Source of the DNA: Octopus sinensis
Lineage: Eukaryota
Length of the DNA: 64,000 nucleotides
Reading direction: 5' to 3'
Assembly: GCF_006345805.1 (NCBI RefSeq)
Contig: NC_042997.1
Location: 806,001 to 870,000 of the forward strand
The first letter of the stretch is position 1; each line of letters opens with the position of its first letter. Of the stretch, positions 24,757-36,999 are shown piece after piece. Under the pieces are notes generated by a model. It had not been told where the DNA came from, searched no databases, and worked only from the letters and a program-made list of their open reading frames with translations. The translations under genes and the position numbers were made by a program.

Positions 24757-27700
24757 GTGATGGCTATTCACATTGGTTGTTTAAATGTTCATGGCCTGTT
24801 GTCAAGCTGGAAGCAAGGACGCTTTCTGAATGACATCAGGTCGAGAAATTTGGATGTAATTGTTGCAACGGAAACCCGGGTGAAGGGGCCAAGAGATCTG
24901 CTCCCCCTCCTGAACGGCTACGAGAAATACGTTTCTCCGAGTCGGGCGGGAGGTGGGGGTGGGGTGTTGGTCCTACTAAAAAGAAACCGGGTAGCCGAGA
25001 AAAAGTTGGTTTTTTCTGACCCAGAAGGCAGGCTGGTCGTTCTCGACTTGACATTCAGTTGTGGCAAGACAATCAGGCTGGTCGCTATTTATGCACCAAA
25101 CATTATTGGCCCGCAAACTGAATATTTTCGTGGCCTAGGAAAGTTCCTAGCCACGTCGCATTCAGTAGTAGTGTTAGGAGACTCTAATACAATATGTGCA
25201 GCACACACAGATTGTGTTGGCTCAAACTCGAACATGAACAGAAAATGTAACACAGGCTTTCGGGATCTGCTAAGTCAATTTCAGCTAGCAGATCCATATA
25301 GGTTGGAGCACCCGAACACTCCACAGTGGACGTGGTCAAATAGTGACGGGTCTACCAGAACATATCTAGATAGGATTTTAATTAGAGAAAAAGATAAGTC
25401 CATAGTTGAGTGTCCACAGTTTTTTTCTAGTCAGCTACAGTGACCACAAGATGGTTACCTGTAAACTGACGGTAGATAAGTTGCATAGACAGGGATCTGG
25501 CTACTGGAAACTCAATACGTCCCTTTTGGCGATTGAGGAGTACAGAAAGCGGATCAACATGTTAATACAGAGGGCATTAACAGGTACCATGATTAATAAC
25601 AAATGGTGGTACGCCCTAAAAAGAGCCATCAAATATGAGTCTATTAGGTTTAGCATAAGTTTAGCTAAGAAGGGACGTAAAATAGGAGATGGTCTAGTTA
25701 AGGAACTAGAAGAAGCCTGGAGGACTGGTAATACAGACCAAGCGAGGGTGAAAAGACTGGAGTTAAACCAGCATCTTGAAGCCCACCACATGGAAGTATT
25801 ACCAGAGCTAAGTTACGTGCAATGAAGTGAAGGAATCAAAGCCGCTGGATGGGCCCGAGTGGTGGAAGCTCGGCAAGGAAATAGTTCCTCTATTCGGTCT
25901 TTGACGAATCAAAATGGTGTCTTGATAAACGAACCCGAGAAAATGTGTGAGGTCTTTCGGGAGTACTTCGCCCAGCTGTTCGGGGGTGACGGCGGTCCTG
26001 GTGGTGGGAGAGCCCTCGAGGACTTTCTTACCGGGCTGCCGTGCATCTCGGGGTCGGATGCGGAGTCTTGCGAAGGGCCAATCACACTTGAGGAGGTGAT
26101 GGAGGCTTTGGCCGATTGTAAAGCGGGTAAGTCACCGGGACTTGATGGTCTTCCGTACGAGCTGTATAAATGTATGCCAGACTTGTTCGGGCAACTACTG
26201 ACTGACGTGTACGCGAACTGGAAACAGAATGGGTTTATCCCCAGATCTGTGCGCCGGGGAGTAGTGACGTTGGTCAGAAAGGACCCGGACAAGGGGGACG
26301 TTCTAGAGAATTTCAGGCCCATCACTCTGTAAAACGCAGAAGTGAAGATTTTGGCCAAGGTTCTAGCAAAAAGGTTGGCGCGTGTCGCGAATGGTATAGT
26401 CGGGGAGGCACAGACATGTGCCATCCCAGGCAGAACCATTCAGGATACCCTCCATCTTATTCGCTATACCATAGAGAGGTTTGGTAATAAATCTGGCAAA
26501 GGTGGGGCATTGGTCCATTTGGACCAGTCTAAAGCTTTTGATAGGGTTGACCATCGATACCTAGCGACTGTACTTGCGCGGTTTGGCCTGGGCCTTGGCT
26601 TCCTCAGGTGGTTTATCGCTTTGTACCACAACATTGACTCGATAGTTCGGGTGAACGGTTTCCTTTCGAAGCCGTTCTGCATCAGACGCTCGGTTCGTCA
26701 AGGATGTCCGCTTTCACCACTTTTGTATGTGATGGCTCTCGAACCATTACTGCAAAGGTTGAGTGGCATCCCGAGAGAACCAGGACTAGAGGAGTTTGTT
26801 ACGGCTTCGCGGATGATATCACTATCAGTGTAACCACAGTGGCACGCCTACGTGAAGTAGGTAAGACTATTGAGGCTTACGAGGAGGTAGCAGGAGCAAA
26901 GATTAACCGGGAAAAGTCGGTCGGCTTGCAGCTCGGCACCTGGGTTGGCAAGTCGATGCCTTCAGACAGTGTTGTTAGGCGCTGGACGGAGGGACCGGTT
27001 AAGTTGCTGGGAGTCTGGTTTGGACCAGGCCTCCAGATAGAGAAGAACTGGACGGAGGTATTGAGCAGGGTGGCTGCAGTAGTCAAGACCTGGTCTTGGC
27101 GGTGGCTATCCCTGAAAGGGAGGGCGGAAGTGGCCAATGTGTTTATCGCATCGGTCATTACCTACCGCCTGACTGTCGTGCCTTGTCCGGATTCGTGGTT
27201 GATCAGGTTGGAGAGACAGCTCTTTCGCTTTTTGTGGAAGGGCAGGTCGCCACTTGTGAAACGCCCTTACTGCTGTCAAAAGCCTTTAAATGGAGGTTTA
27301 GGGATGCCTTGGTTAATGATGCGCAGACATGCGTTGAGGTTGAGGCACCTCTGGATTCTCCTGGATAGTGAACGGGTGTGGTCTCCGCTGGCCAGACAAA
27401 TGTTCCCTGAGTTCAAGAGTTTTGCGAACAGGAAGCCTGGTGTTCTCGTAGACCGAGGTCGAGTGAGTGGCATAAAGAGTGCCGTAAGGCCCTCTTGCTG
27501 TTCCGGCGCTCGGGCAACGCCAGCGGTGGGGGTTCCACACGGATTTTATATAGTGGGTTGGTAGAGTCTGAATGCGACGATGGCCTGGGGTCGACTCTAG
27601 GTCTCGGATTTATTCAACTGGACAGCTTGTTTCATCGTACATTCGGGTTGAGAACGTTGGACAACTTCCAAAAGTCCTTAACCTGGCAATGCTACAGAGG

Positions 27701-28157
27701 TGCCTTGACCGTTTGGGATAAGCTCGCAAGACATGGTAAACGTCAGTCGCCGACCTGTCCAAGATGCGGGGGGGGACAGGGAAACCGTCCCTCACGCTAT
27801 TGTTCAGTGTCCGGAGATAACTGAAATGTGGGCTTATGCTGAACATCTGTTGTCCGGCGAAGGAAGAGTACGGCTGTCGACTGAGTCAATTATAAAAATT
27901 GACCCACCGGGAGTTCTAACGAACGAAGGTAAGAATTGTTTTCTCACGGTTGTAGCAATAGCAAAAGAGGCTGTATGGAATACTAGGATAAAAGGAATTA
28001 AGACAGGCACCTTTATCTCTGGTGACAATTTACGATCCTTTTTTCTTTTCATTTGAAAAGGAAACTGTGGCTGGAGAAGAGGTGTCTGTCAGAGTGTACG
28101 TTCCAAAAGAGATGGAAGTATGTTGCACGAGTGTTGTGCGTGCAAGGAACCGTGTGA
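24757..28157 (+). pseudogene. LINE ORF2 (APE endonuclease, reverse transcriptase, zinc finger), several frameshifts and stops
   Basis: GCLNVHGL; ATETR; IYAPN; LGDSN; YLDRIL; SDHKMV; GSGYWKLNTSLL; KSPGLDGLPYELY; FRPITL; LDQSKAFDRVDH; RQGCPLSPLLY; FADD at 26806-26817; GGLGMP; CPRC..ETVPHAIVQC. Confidence 0.93.
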
Positions 28158-28408
28158 ATAGACGAGGAAAAAAAAAAAAAAAAGGAAAAATAAAAAGGTA
28201 TCAGCGGTAGATCGGGGCTTGTGGGATCGGAGCGTAACTTGATCATCGCTTCATTTGTATTGTTTTTGTACTGTGTATTCCATTCGATTTTTATGTATTG
28301 TATTTTATTTTTGATGTCACATTTATGTAAAATCATATCGATTCACTGATCCCATCAGTTGTACTGTCCATATCTATGTTTGGCCCCCGGTGGGCAATAA
28401 AGAAATTC

Positions 28409-28994
28409 GTATTTTGTCTGGCGTTAAATTCTTAATTTCAAATTCCGCCGTGGTCGACTTTGCCTTTCATTCTTTCGGGGTCGATTAAATAAGTACCAGT
28501 TACGCACTGGTGTCGATGTGATGGACTTAATCCGTCTGTCTGTCCTTGTTTGTCCCCTATGTGTTTAGCCCCTAGTGGGTAGTAAAGAAATAGGTATTTC
28601 GTGTGCCGCTACGATCTGAGTTCAAATTCCGCCGACGTCGACTTTGCCTTTCATCATTTCGGGGTCGATTAAATAAGTACCACTTACGCACTAAGGTCGA
28701 TGTAATCGACTTAATCCGTTTGTCTGTCCTTGTTTGTCCCCTCTATGTTTAGCCCCCTGTGGGTAATAAAGAAATAAGAAACGTTAGCATGCCGGGAAAA
28801 ATGCTTAGCTTTATTTCGTCTGCCGCTACGTTCTGGGTTCAAATTCCGCCGAGGTCGACTTTGCCTTTCATATTTTCGGGATCGATTAAATAAATACCAG
28901 TTACACACTGGGGTCGATATAATCGACTTAATCCGTCTGTCTGCCCTTGTTTGTCCTCTCTGTGTTTAGCCCCTTGTGGGTAGTAAAGAAATAG
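28409..28994 (+). mobile_element. Three tandem SINE units with the LINE-type 3' tail (28409-28593, 28594-28776, 28777-28994)
   Basis: Each ends ...AGCCCC-TGTGGGTA(G/A)TAAAGAAATA; units 1-2 start at GTATTT(C/T)GT, unit 3 starts further upstream in the head. Confidence 0.92.
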
Positions 28995-29142
28995 GTATTT
29001 CGTCTGTCTTTACGTTCACAGTTCAAATTACGCCGACTTATCTTTCGGGGTCAATAAATTAAGTACCAGTTGCGTATTGGGGTCGATCTAATCGATTGGC
29101 ACCCTTCCCCAAATTTCGGGCCTTGTGCCTAGAGTAGAAAAG
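28995..29142 (+). mobile_element. 3' part of the host SINE (old tail type)
   Basis: Starts GTATTTCGTCTGTC, identical to 23028-23041; ends CCTTGTGCCTAGAGTAGAAAAG; right TSD ATTCTTTCCTGCATT at 29143-29157. Confidence 0.9.
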
Positions 29143-29943
29143 ATTCTTTCCTGCATTACAGTCCATGTTCAATTCATGATTTAATTATGCATTTAATTTC
29201 GACATACAACTGTTACATTTTAAATATCAACCACAGGAGATTGTAAATCTTGTTTAATAACAGAAAGAATGCCTGTATTTCGTTGAATAGGAGCACATTG
29301 TTTTAAATAAATGTTTTTTTAAACAAAAAAAAAAAAATTCTTGGAAAACGATTCTGCGTTTAGCGAGGAGTGTTCACAATTGTCTAAGTTTAACCTCATT
29401 ATAGTGATTATGCATTAATAGTTATTGATTTGCTTTCAGAAGTTTTGTTGTGATCATTGGATTAGAAATATACCATATATCACTGATGGGTTTCTGATTA
29501 ACTTTACTACACCAGAAAAAAAATCTTTAACCTGTTATATGTATCTATTTGTTTATTTATTTATTTATTCCTTTTGAGAATTAGAATCTTCTGGCTGGTA
29601 TTTCAATTTCTTTAATGATTTAGTTCATCTCATTTTTGTTTTTTAATTCGTCGCTCCAGTATGCTGTAGTATATTTGTTATCTTTATAATTACACTTACA
29701 ATAAGTTTTGTTCATATTCGAACCAGTAGTATGTAATTTCTCAGAAACTGTTTTGAATTTTGCTTTTAATTCTCTCTACATATGCTTTGAATCTTTGCCT
29801 AATAGGATATAGATAAAATTGTTATGATGTAGTAGTTGTGTTTCTAATTAATAAATACTATGTAGTTAGATCTGTAAAATTGATGTTTGAGTTCTTACCC
29901 TTTATTTGACAGAAATAATTTTCTTTACCAACTGTCTTTTTTT

Positions 29944-30071
29944 TAATGGACCCCAAAAAAATGAAAGGCAAAGTCAACCTCGGCGGAATTTGAACTCAAA
30001 ACATGAAGACGGATAAAATATCGCTAATCATTCCGCCCGGCGTGCTAGTGATTTTGCCAGCTCATCGCCTT
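29944..30071 (-). mobile_element. SINE (same head family), 5' half
   Basis: GAAAGGCAAAGTCAACCTCGGCGGAATTTGAACTC...GCCAGCTCATCGCCTT. Confidence 0.85.
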
Positions 30072-33000
30072 CGATAAAAGAATATTAAAATGTGTGTATG
30101 GGGAGGTCATTACGCCAGTAATGTTAATACATGCACTGGCTGAATGTAAATTCCTTATTAATAATCGTCTAACCAAATATCTAATCAATAGTTAGATTAT
30201 TGTGCTGATTAAACAATCAATCATAGCCAATATTTCCAATATTAGAGAGAGACACTAGTTGCGAGAGGGGAAGGAAAAGAGAAATGAACAAGAAGGAAGT
30301 AGGAGAGGATAAAGTGAAGGCATATATTAAGGTGAGAGTGGAGCTAAAGGGTAAAAATAGAATTACTGAGTTAAGAGGGGTTTCGGAACTGAAAGGGCTA
30401 AGTCCATTTAACTGTCGTTGAGATAGTTCCGAGCTTCAAGAGAACCACTTCTCCTCCCATTGTCTGACTGTGCGGATCTATAAATATGCATAGGTATCAG
30501 ACACGGAGAAATGAGAAATGGAATGGCCCATTGCATTGAAGTGAATTACGACACGAGATCATGGAAGCGATTATTCTTTGTGACGACCTGCTTTTGCATG
30601 AAGAAATGTGCTGCAAAGTTTACAGATGAAACAATATATAAGGTAGGAAGGTGTCAGTCATGTGATATCAAAGGATGTGTTATAACACTATTCCACAGCC
30701 ATACCAACAATCCAACATCCCTCCATCAGCAGCTGCCCACGGATATCATTATCGTTTCGACACCTGGATGTTGTTTGGTGGGTCGGTGATGTTTGTAATG
30801 ATAATGGTATCTGGTGTAAGTGAACTTAGATGTGCATTTTTGTGTGGCCCTAGGTGATATAGAGTCACAAAGTGTTGCTGAGGTTTCACCCTTTCTTTAA
30901 CGCAATACGTAGAGCGGAAAAGATGTAAGCGCTAGCAGAGAGATGGGCTGCAGTACAAGGAAACCAGAATAACCAAAATATCCGCTTATCATTACCCTGA
31001 TATCATAAAACTCAAAATTCCAAATACCATAAAGTTTAAAGGTATTCGTAGTTTGAAATATTTTAGGGAGAATGATAAGACAAAGATCTTAAAAACATAT
31101 TTATTAACATCTGTAAAACGAGTTTATTTGAGGCCTCAATCATAATATACTATATTTGTAAGAATCATGTAATATATACATACCATATGGGAAACATTGT
31201 TGGAAACGTGAATTGCCTTATTTACAGTCAGTACACTTATACTTTTATTTCAGTAAAGGGAGGAACATACCTAACAGTCAAACATATTTTTACATCATTC
31301 TGCGTATGGGGGTTGTCACTTGCAGACTACAACCTTAAGGAAGTAAGTTTCCGGGGAGATATACACTCTACATAATTCACAATTACTTGTGATATGAAGT
31401 AATGCCTGTATGCACGCATAAATGCGTACATACATGCATAACTTCGTGCATAAATGCATAATTTCGTACATACATGCATCAAGTGGTTCTGGCCGTTGTA
31501 GAATCTAATACGTATCCAGATAAACTTGAGAGTGGATTTTTGCCAAAAAGAAACGGATCTTCGCGTTGGAAAATTCCATAGGTAAAGCAACTTGGAAGTC
31601 AAACATATACGTTTCTATGTATATATTCTTACATACAATAGCGGGGGCGAACACACAAAGATACACACACGCACACTCTTAGGCATAGGCACACAAGCAT
31701 ACACACATACGTACAGTCACTCACAAAAACATAAATACACATTCGACAGTATGACATCAGAAATTTCAGCTTATACTTATAGGTCTTTGAGTAAAAGCTT
31801 GACTTACCGATTTTTTAAAATTTTAGTGACGATTCAATTATTCTAGGTACTGTAGAATCAATATAGAAAGCAGCAAAGTGTGAACATAAAACAAAGTTGA
31901 AAGAATGCCGTACATAATTCCCAATTGAGAAAACTACAACATACAGAAAAATTGAAAGGAATTTCTTTATCAGATTAATTATCTTTCACACGTGCTAATT
32001 TAGGTTTCATTAAGACCAAGCCGACCACCTCTAAGCAGTAGTAGTATCCGTGCACAGCATGAGAAACAGTATTTACCATTAAAAAATAGTATCGTGCATT
32101 TACTTTTCCAGTGCTTAGGATTGAAATTAGTCTCGACAATGATGACATTGTTTAGACACTCCTACAATCTCTCTCTCTCTCTCTTACTCTCCAGCTGTAT
32201 GCATGTTTTTATGCATGTATGTGCAGGTATGAAATTGTGTGAGTGTGTGTGTGTAGGTATTTAAGTACATTTTCTGGAAACGGAAATAATTTCAATACAA
32301 CACGAATTTTTCCTATCTGTTTACATACGTTTTTTTCGTCTTTGTTATTGAAATACACGACATTGCTCATTCTTATTTCTCTAAGTTCATCTTCGTTTTA
32401 TCTATGTTAATTATCAAAGTCACAATTGTGTCCTACTTTTAACTTTAGCATGTTTCTATCTGCCGATTCTGCTAAATACTGGTAGGTTGGATGCTCTGCT
32501 GATGATGTCAATTGAGGCAGAAGAGCGTATCCATAGTTATTCCCTTGCTTTAAAACAATCAGATTATCTGTTAATTTATGACATGCTAATTCTAGAGATT
32601 TTTTACCATTTTCTCGATTTAATCTCACTGCCAAAAACAATTGTACTACGCTCTATGGAAGCAGAGATAATTTAAATGCATCCCGATTTTATTTGTATAT
32701 TATTTAATAAATGCTTATCAGTCCCTGGAGTGTTTTAGCTATATCTCTTTCATTTCGTTTATATTTCATTTAGGCAAATTACGTATGGCATGAATGGGTT
32801 CAACATTGTTTCTGTATATGTGTGCCTCGTCTTCTTCATGTAAGTTAAGATATTTGCTTTGCTGATGCCGCCTATTGTAGTTGAAACAGGTATATTCAAT
32901 ATTTACCTCTTGTCAGCAATCAGACTCTCTATTCTACAATGAAGATTTCAATCCTGGAAAATTGTTAATTCTTCAGATTATCTCTTTTCATGTGCAAGCA

Positions 33001-33129
33001 ACCGGTCATCCATCACTGTAAGTAGAAATAATCTTAATGAATGAAGTATGAATATTATATCTCATACGATATATAGTCATCAGTTATCCTTGTTCGACTG
33101 ACTGTTCTGAATTATTTGACTTATGTCAT

Positions 33130-33315
33130 TCTCGTTCATACACACACACACTCAGGCATACATATATATATATAAATGTACTCATGCATACATACATACA
33201 CACATGCATACATAAATACATACATACGTACATACACACACACATACATACGTACATATACACACACATACATACATACATACATACATACATAATACAT
33301 ACATACATACATACA
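33130..33315. repeat. (CATA)n/(CA)n microsatellite
   Basis: Direct reading. Confidence 0.9.
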
Positions 33316-33439
33316 TTATGGCTGCCCCCTCGTTATCGAGTATGGGCATTGCACGAAGGTTACATACATACACACGTACATACATGCATTAAAATTTATG
33401 CTGAAAATGTTAATGACAAAAGCAACTGGAATTAATAAG

Positions 33440-34900
33440 AACACATTCAGCTGATAAAGGAATAAAGTTTGACCAATGGTAATGTTCTTGTTTAATTGTT
33501 GAATGGGGAAAATCAGTTCCCCACCCCACAAAACCTCTGCATCAGTGGTCTCACTATCTCTCTTGTCCCACACAAAGATTGCTAGAAGTATCTTGGTATT
33601 GATGAAAATATATCATATAAGGTGCTGTGAATAGAGATAGAGTGACCCAGACTAAGAAAAATATAGCAGTCCAAACTTTCCTCTTGCAACAAAACAATAT
33701 CCCACAATACATTTACAGTACCAGTGCTGACTCCAACGTTTTGGATGCTTGACTGGCCTGTAGAAGAAATCCACTCTATAGATACTAAAACCCACCAGAT
33801 TCTAACATGAACACAAAAGTAATGATACCGACAGGTTCTACCTAAGAAGAGATGAAGGAAGTAGGGGCCTGAGATCAGTACAGACAGCCTTTGAATATCA
33901 CATAGTCTCTCTCAGACAGCACTTGCTAAACAAAAGCAGCAAAATGAAACAAAAAAAAAAACAAAAATCCCGAAAACAACTAAGTTAAAAGCCCAAAACA
34001 TTAATTTGGTGCTGAAAAGCGAAGGAAACAATGTCCTACTGGCCTCCCATACAACCCCAAATCAGCTGGACTAGCATACCTCATAGAAGGCCTGGAGGTG
34101 AAACGTTCAGCATACCAAAAGACAATGCAAAGGTGTGTTTCTCTTAGACTCGAAGGAGATAGTAACATTGAATTGAACGAAGCCTCTCTTGAACTTGTGA
34201 CCGCTACATCATATCGCATCATACTTCGAAGGATATGCAAGAACACGAGATTGCTACTAAATACCTAATCTACAAAAGAGATAGTGAGGCCCTTGGAGTT
34301 CCAAGATGCAACCATATATCTAGATTACATCATATTTCTGTGGAAGACATCGCACACGTCATTAGCAGCTGCCCAAAAATATCACCAAAGTATTATCTCT
34401 CTCTATGTGATCTGACGTTGTTGCAAAAACAAAATAAAATGTCATGCGGGAATAAAAAGACAGTCCTGGAATAAATATAGAGAATCTCCCTGTTCTTGAA
34501 TACATACATGTATACCAACGTAAGAAATACTTTTGGAACATTCCCATCAAAACATTTGTCAAATGTAAGTATAATAGGCCGGATAACATTGGGACAGACA
34601 AGAAAAAGTACGCACCGTTATAGAGGTCAGCTAATTTGAATTTCTCTTTGAAAATCAAAGAGAAAGCAGATAATTATGGACAATTGCTTCGTAACTTGCA
34701 GCTCCTATATCCAGATAACAAATTTACATTTATACTAACAATAATTGGATCACTTAGTTTTGTAAATAAATGCCAAACTGTCAGTCTGGATAAGCTAGCA
34801 TTTTCAGAAAAAGAAATCGACCTATTCGCATATTAAAAATACAATCGTTGAGCGGAAGACTTAAACTATGCAAAATTTTTCTCAGGTTTAAAATGTGACA
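33440..34900 (+). mobile_element. R4/Dong-type relic, same family as 15195-16095
   Basis: KYLGIDENIS; HNTFTVPVLTPTF-like; RFYLRRDEGSRGL; QEHEIATKYL; VEDIAHVISSCP; WNIPIKT..KYNRPD; ADNYGQLLRNLQLLYP. Confidence 0.8.
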
Positions 34901-35329
34901 TTGTTTTCGCTAAACGCATTCCAAAGATGGAGCTTTGTATCTTTGTTAGAAACCAGCTCCTTCATCAGGAGAAGATTTTAAATGATTAAATATGGAAGAG
35001 ACATACATATAAATACGCATGTGTACAAGTGGCTTTAATGTAGCTTAACGCTACAATGTGTACTTTTATACGTCATCGCTCTGCTCGGAGCAATAGTAGA
35101 AAATGCTTGCGTAAGATGACATGCACTTTAAATGTATTCGAATACAAGTCGACGCAAAGCAAAATCATAACAGTGTAGCCATACCGCTATAGACGCATAG
35201 ATTGATATATACCTGTGTATGTGTGTGTGTGTGTGTATGTGTGTGTGCGTGCGCGTGCATATGCGTAAGTGTGCTTGTGTAAATACACACACACATGTAC
35301 AATGAGCACGGGGAGAGAGTCATAAAATG

Positions 35330-35960
35330 ATATATGCGTATATGTGCGTATGCCTATAAATAGTGGCGGAATTACAACCGTGTTTCGTGGTCTGCTACCA
35401 CAACAGCTCCTTTATAGAATCCAGTTAGCTCAAGACATCATCAGAAGGAACCACGTTCGGTTTCGGCTCCTACTCCTCTACCGTTTTGACGAGGCGGGGC
35501 CCCCACTTTCGGAGGTGTCTTCAGCTCTGGTGTTGGGTGCATGTCTTCTTTCTTCTTCTTTCTTCTGTTCCCTGGCCTCTTCGATGTATCGCCAGCGAGT
35601 GTCAGCCGGTGACTGACTGTCTTGTCAAATTTCTCCCTTTAAATACCTGCTGTAAAGACTCCAGCAGGCAGCCCCAGCAAGTTGTCACGTGACACTGTCT
35701 CACCTTAACTGACTAGTGAAGACGCGTAGTTTTAGCCCGCGCATTTTCTAAACGACCGTCACCTGTCAGTCATCGAAGCTGATTCAGTCAGCTTGTCTCA
35801 CCTACGGATGTTATTTCCCGTCGGCGTGTTTATGACTTTCAAGCCATTTTCGAAAAAAAGGATTGTCCTTGTTTGAGCTATTTACTCGGTATATGTCTGT
35901 GAACTAAATATAAAATACATCTATTCATGTCGTTCTCCTGAATTTCCTGGTCAGTTAAAT
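35330..35960. other. Unclassified GC-richer island, possibly a solo LTR or pseudo-LTR
   Basis: Abrupt compositional shift, TATAAATA at ~35356, no ORF, no recognisable TSD. Confidence 0.3.
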
Positions 35961-36019
35961 TTACGGGGATCATTCAAATGCTCCACACAGTCATATGTTA
36001 ACTTGTATTTCTCATGATA

Positions 36020-36073
36020 ATGTGAAAAATATGTGAAAAATATGAAAAATATGCGACAAATGTGAAAAATATG
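36020..36073 (+). repeat. Short tandem repeat of ATGTGAAAAAT-like units
   Basis: About 4 degenerate copies read directly. Confidence 0.7.
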
Positions 36074-36839
36074 TATTCGCATGTTGTGCGTAGACGATGC
36101 CACCTTATCCTTTCTTCCTTTCTAGTCATCACCGTGCATTCTTTACTCTTTCCCTCCCTTCTACACTATCAACTAGCATCCAGCGAGCGAACTTGTCACT
36201 GCCACTACAATTACCATATTTTCCAGTTTATAAGCCGGTACTTGTTTTGTTTTACCTGCATGTTTTCATAATGCTTTTTTTTAATCTAATAAAGACTTTC
36301 ATATTGACAAAATGTGTTTGTTGTTGATTATAGTAAGATAAAATCATAACAACAATACATCTCATAGTTATAAAGTAAGGCATTTTGAAATTATATATAC
36401 GGCATCAACAAAAGAAAAAAGCTAGCTGCGGATTCGTGGTGACATTTAGTAGAGACCACCCAGAAGTTGTTCCTCTTCGATTACTATCGCAAACAGCAGT
36501 AGCATTCTTCAACCGAATACACGTCGGTGATTGGTTCAAATTGCCCAAATACGACAACTAAAATACCAAATAACTTCTAAAATACGAAATTTGGTCAAAA
36601 ACGTTTCTTGTAAACCGTGCGCTACTTGAGAAATTCTATCAGTATTCGAAGTTGCAAATTGTTTAGTAAAAAAAAAATTAATTAAAAAAAATCTGCGATT
36701 GAGATGGAATAGATACGTTAATATATGTATGTCTGCATGTATGTATTCGCTTCGGGATTTGTTTTTTTACAACCCCGATTGATCAAGACTATTTGTACCT
36801 TCAGTAGTAGGAAGAGAGAAGCTATATACCTTTTTCCAA

Positions 36840-36960
36840 CCACAGCGTTCCGGGTTCAATACCACTGCCAGGGACCTTCGGCAAGTGCATTTCACCATAG
36901 CCTCAGATCCAGCAAAGCCTTGTTAGTGGATTTAGTGGATGGAAACTGAAAGAAGATGAT
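36840..36960 (+). mobile_element. SINE 5' fragment (51304-type family)
   Basis: CCGGGTTCAATACCACTGC..AAAGCCTTGTTAGTGGATT..GGAAACTGAAAGAAG. Confidence 0.75.
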
Positions 36961-36999
36961 CGTATGTATGTACCTATTTATATATATATATATATATAA

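Larger units (their letters stand above)
23042..28406 (+). mobile_element. Full-length decayed Tx1/L1-clade LINE (~5.36 kb)
   Basis: 5' UTR, ORF1 with zinc knuckle, ORF2 with apurinic-type endonuclease (APE), RT and zinc finger, 3' UTR ending GCCCCCGGTGGGCAATAAAGAAAT; no poly(A). Confidence 0.95.

Noticed and set aside
25501-27540. Minus-strand ORFs of 65-176 aa over the LINE
   Set aside because: They are antisense shadows of GC-richer ORF2 codons with no motifs.
28409-28994. CRISPR-like appearance of regularly repeated units
   Set aside because: The units are ~185-bp SINE copies with no unique spacers; the context is eukaryotic and there are no cas genes.
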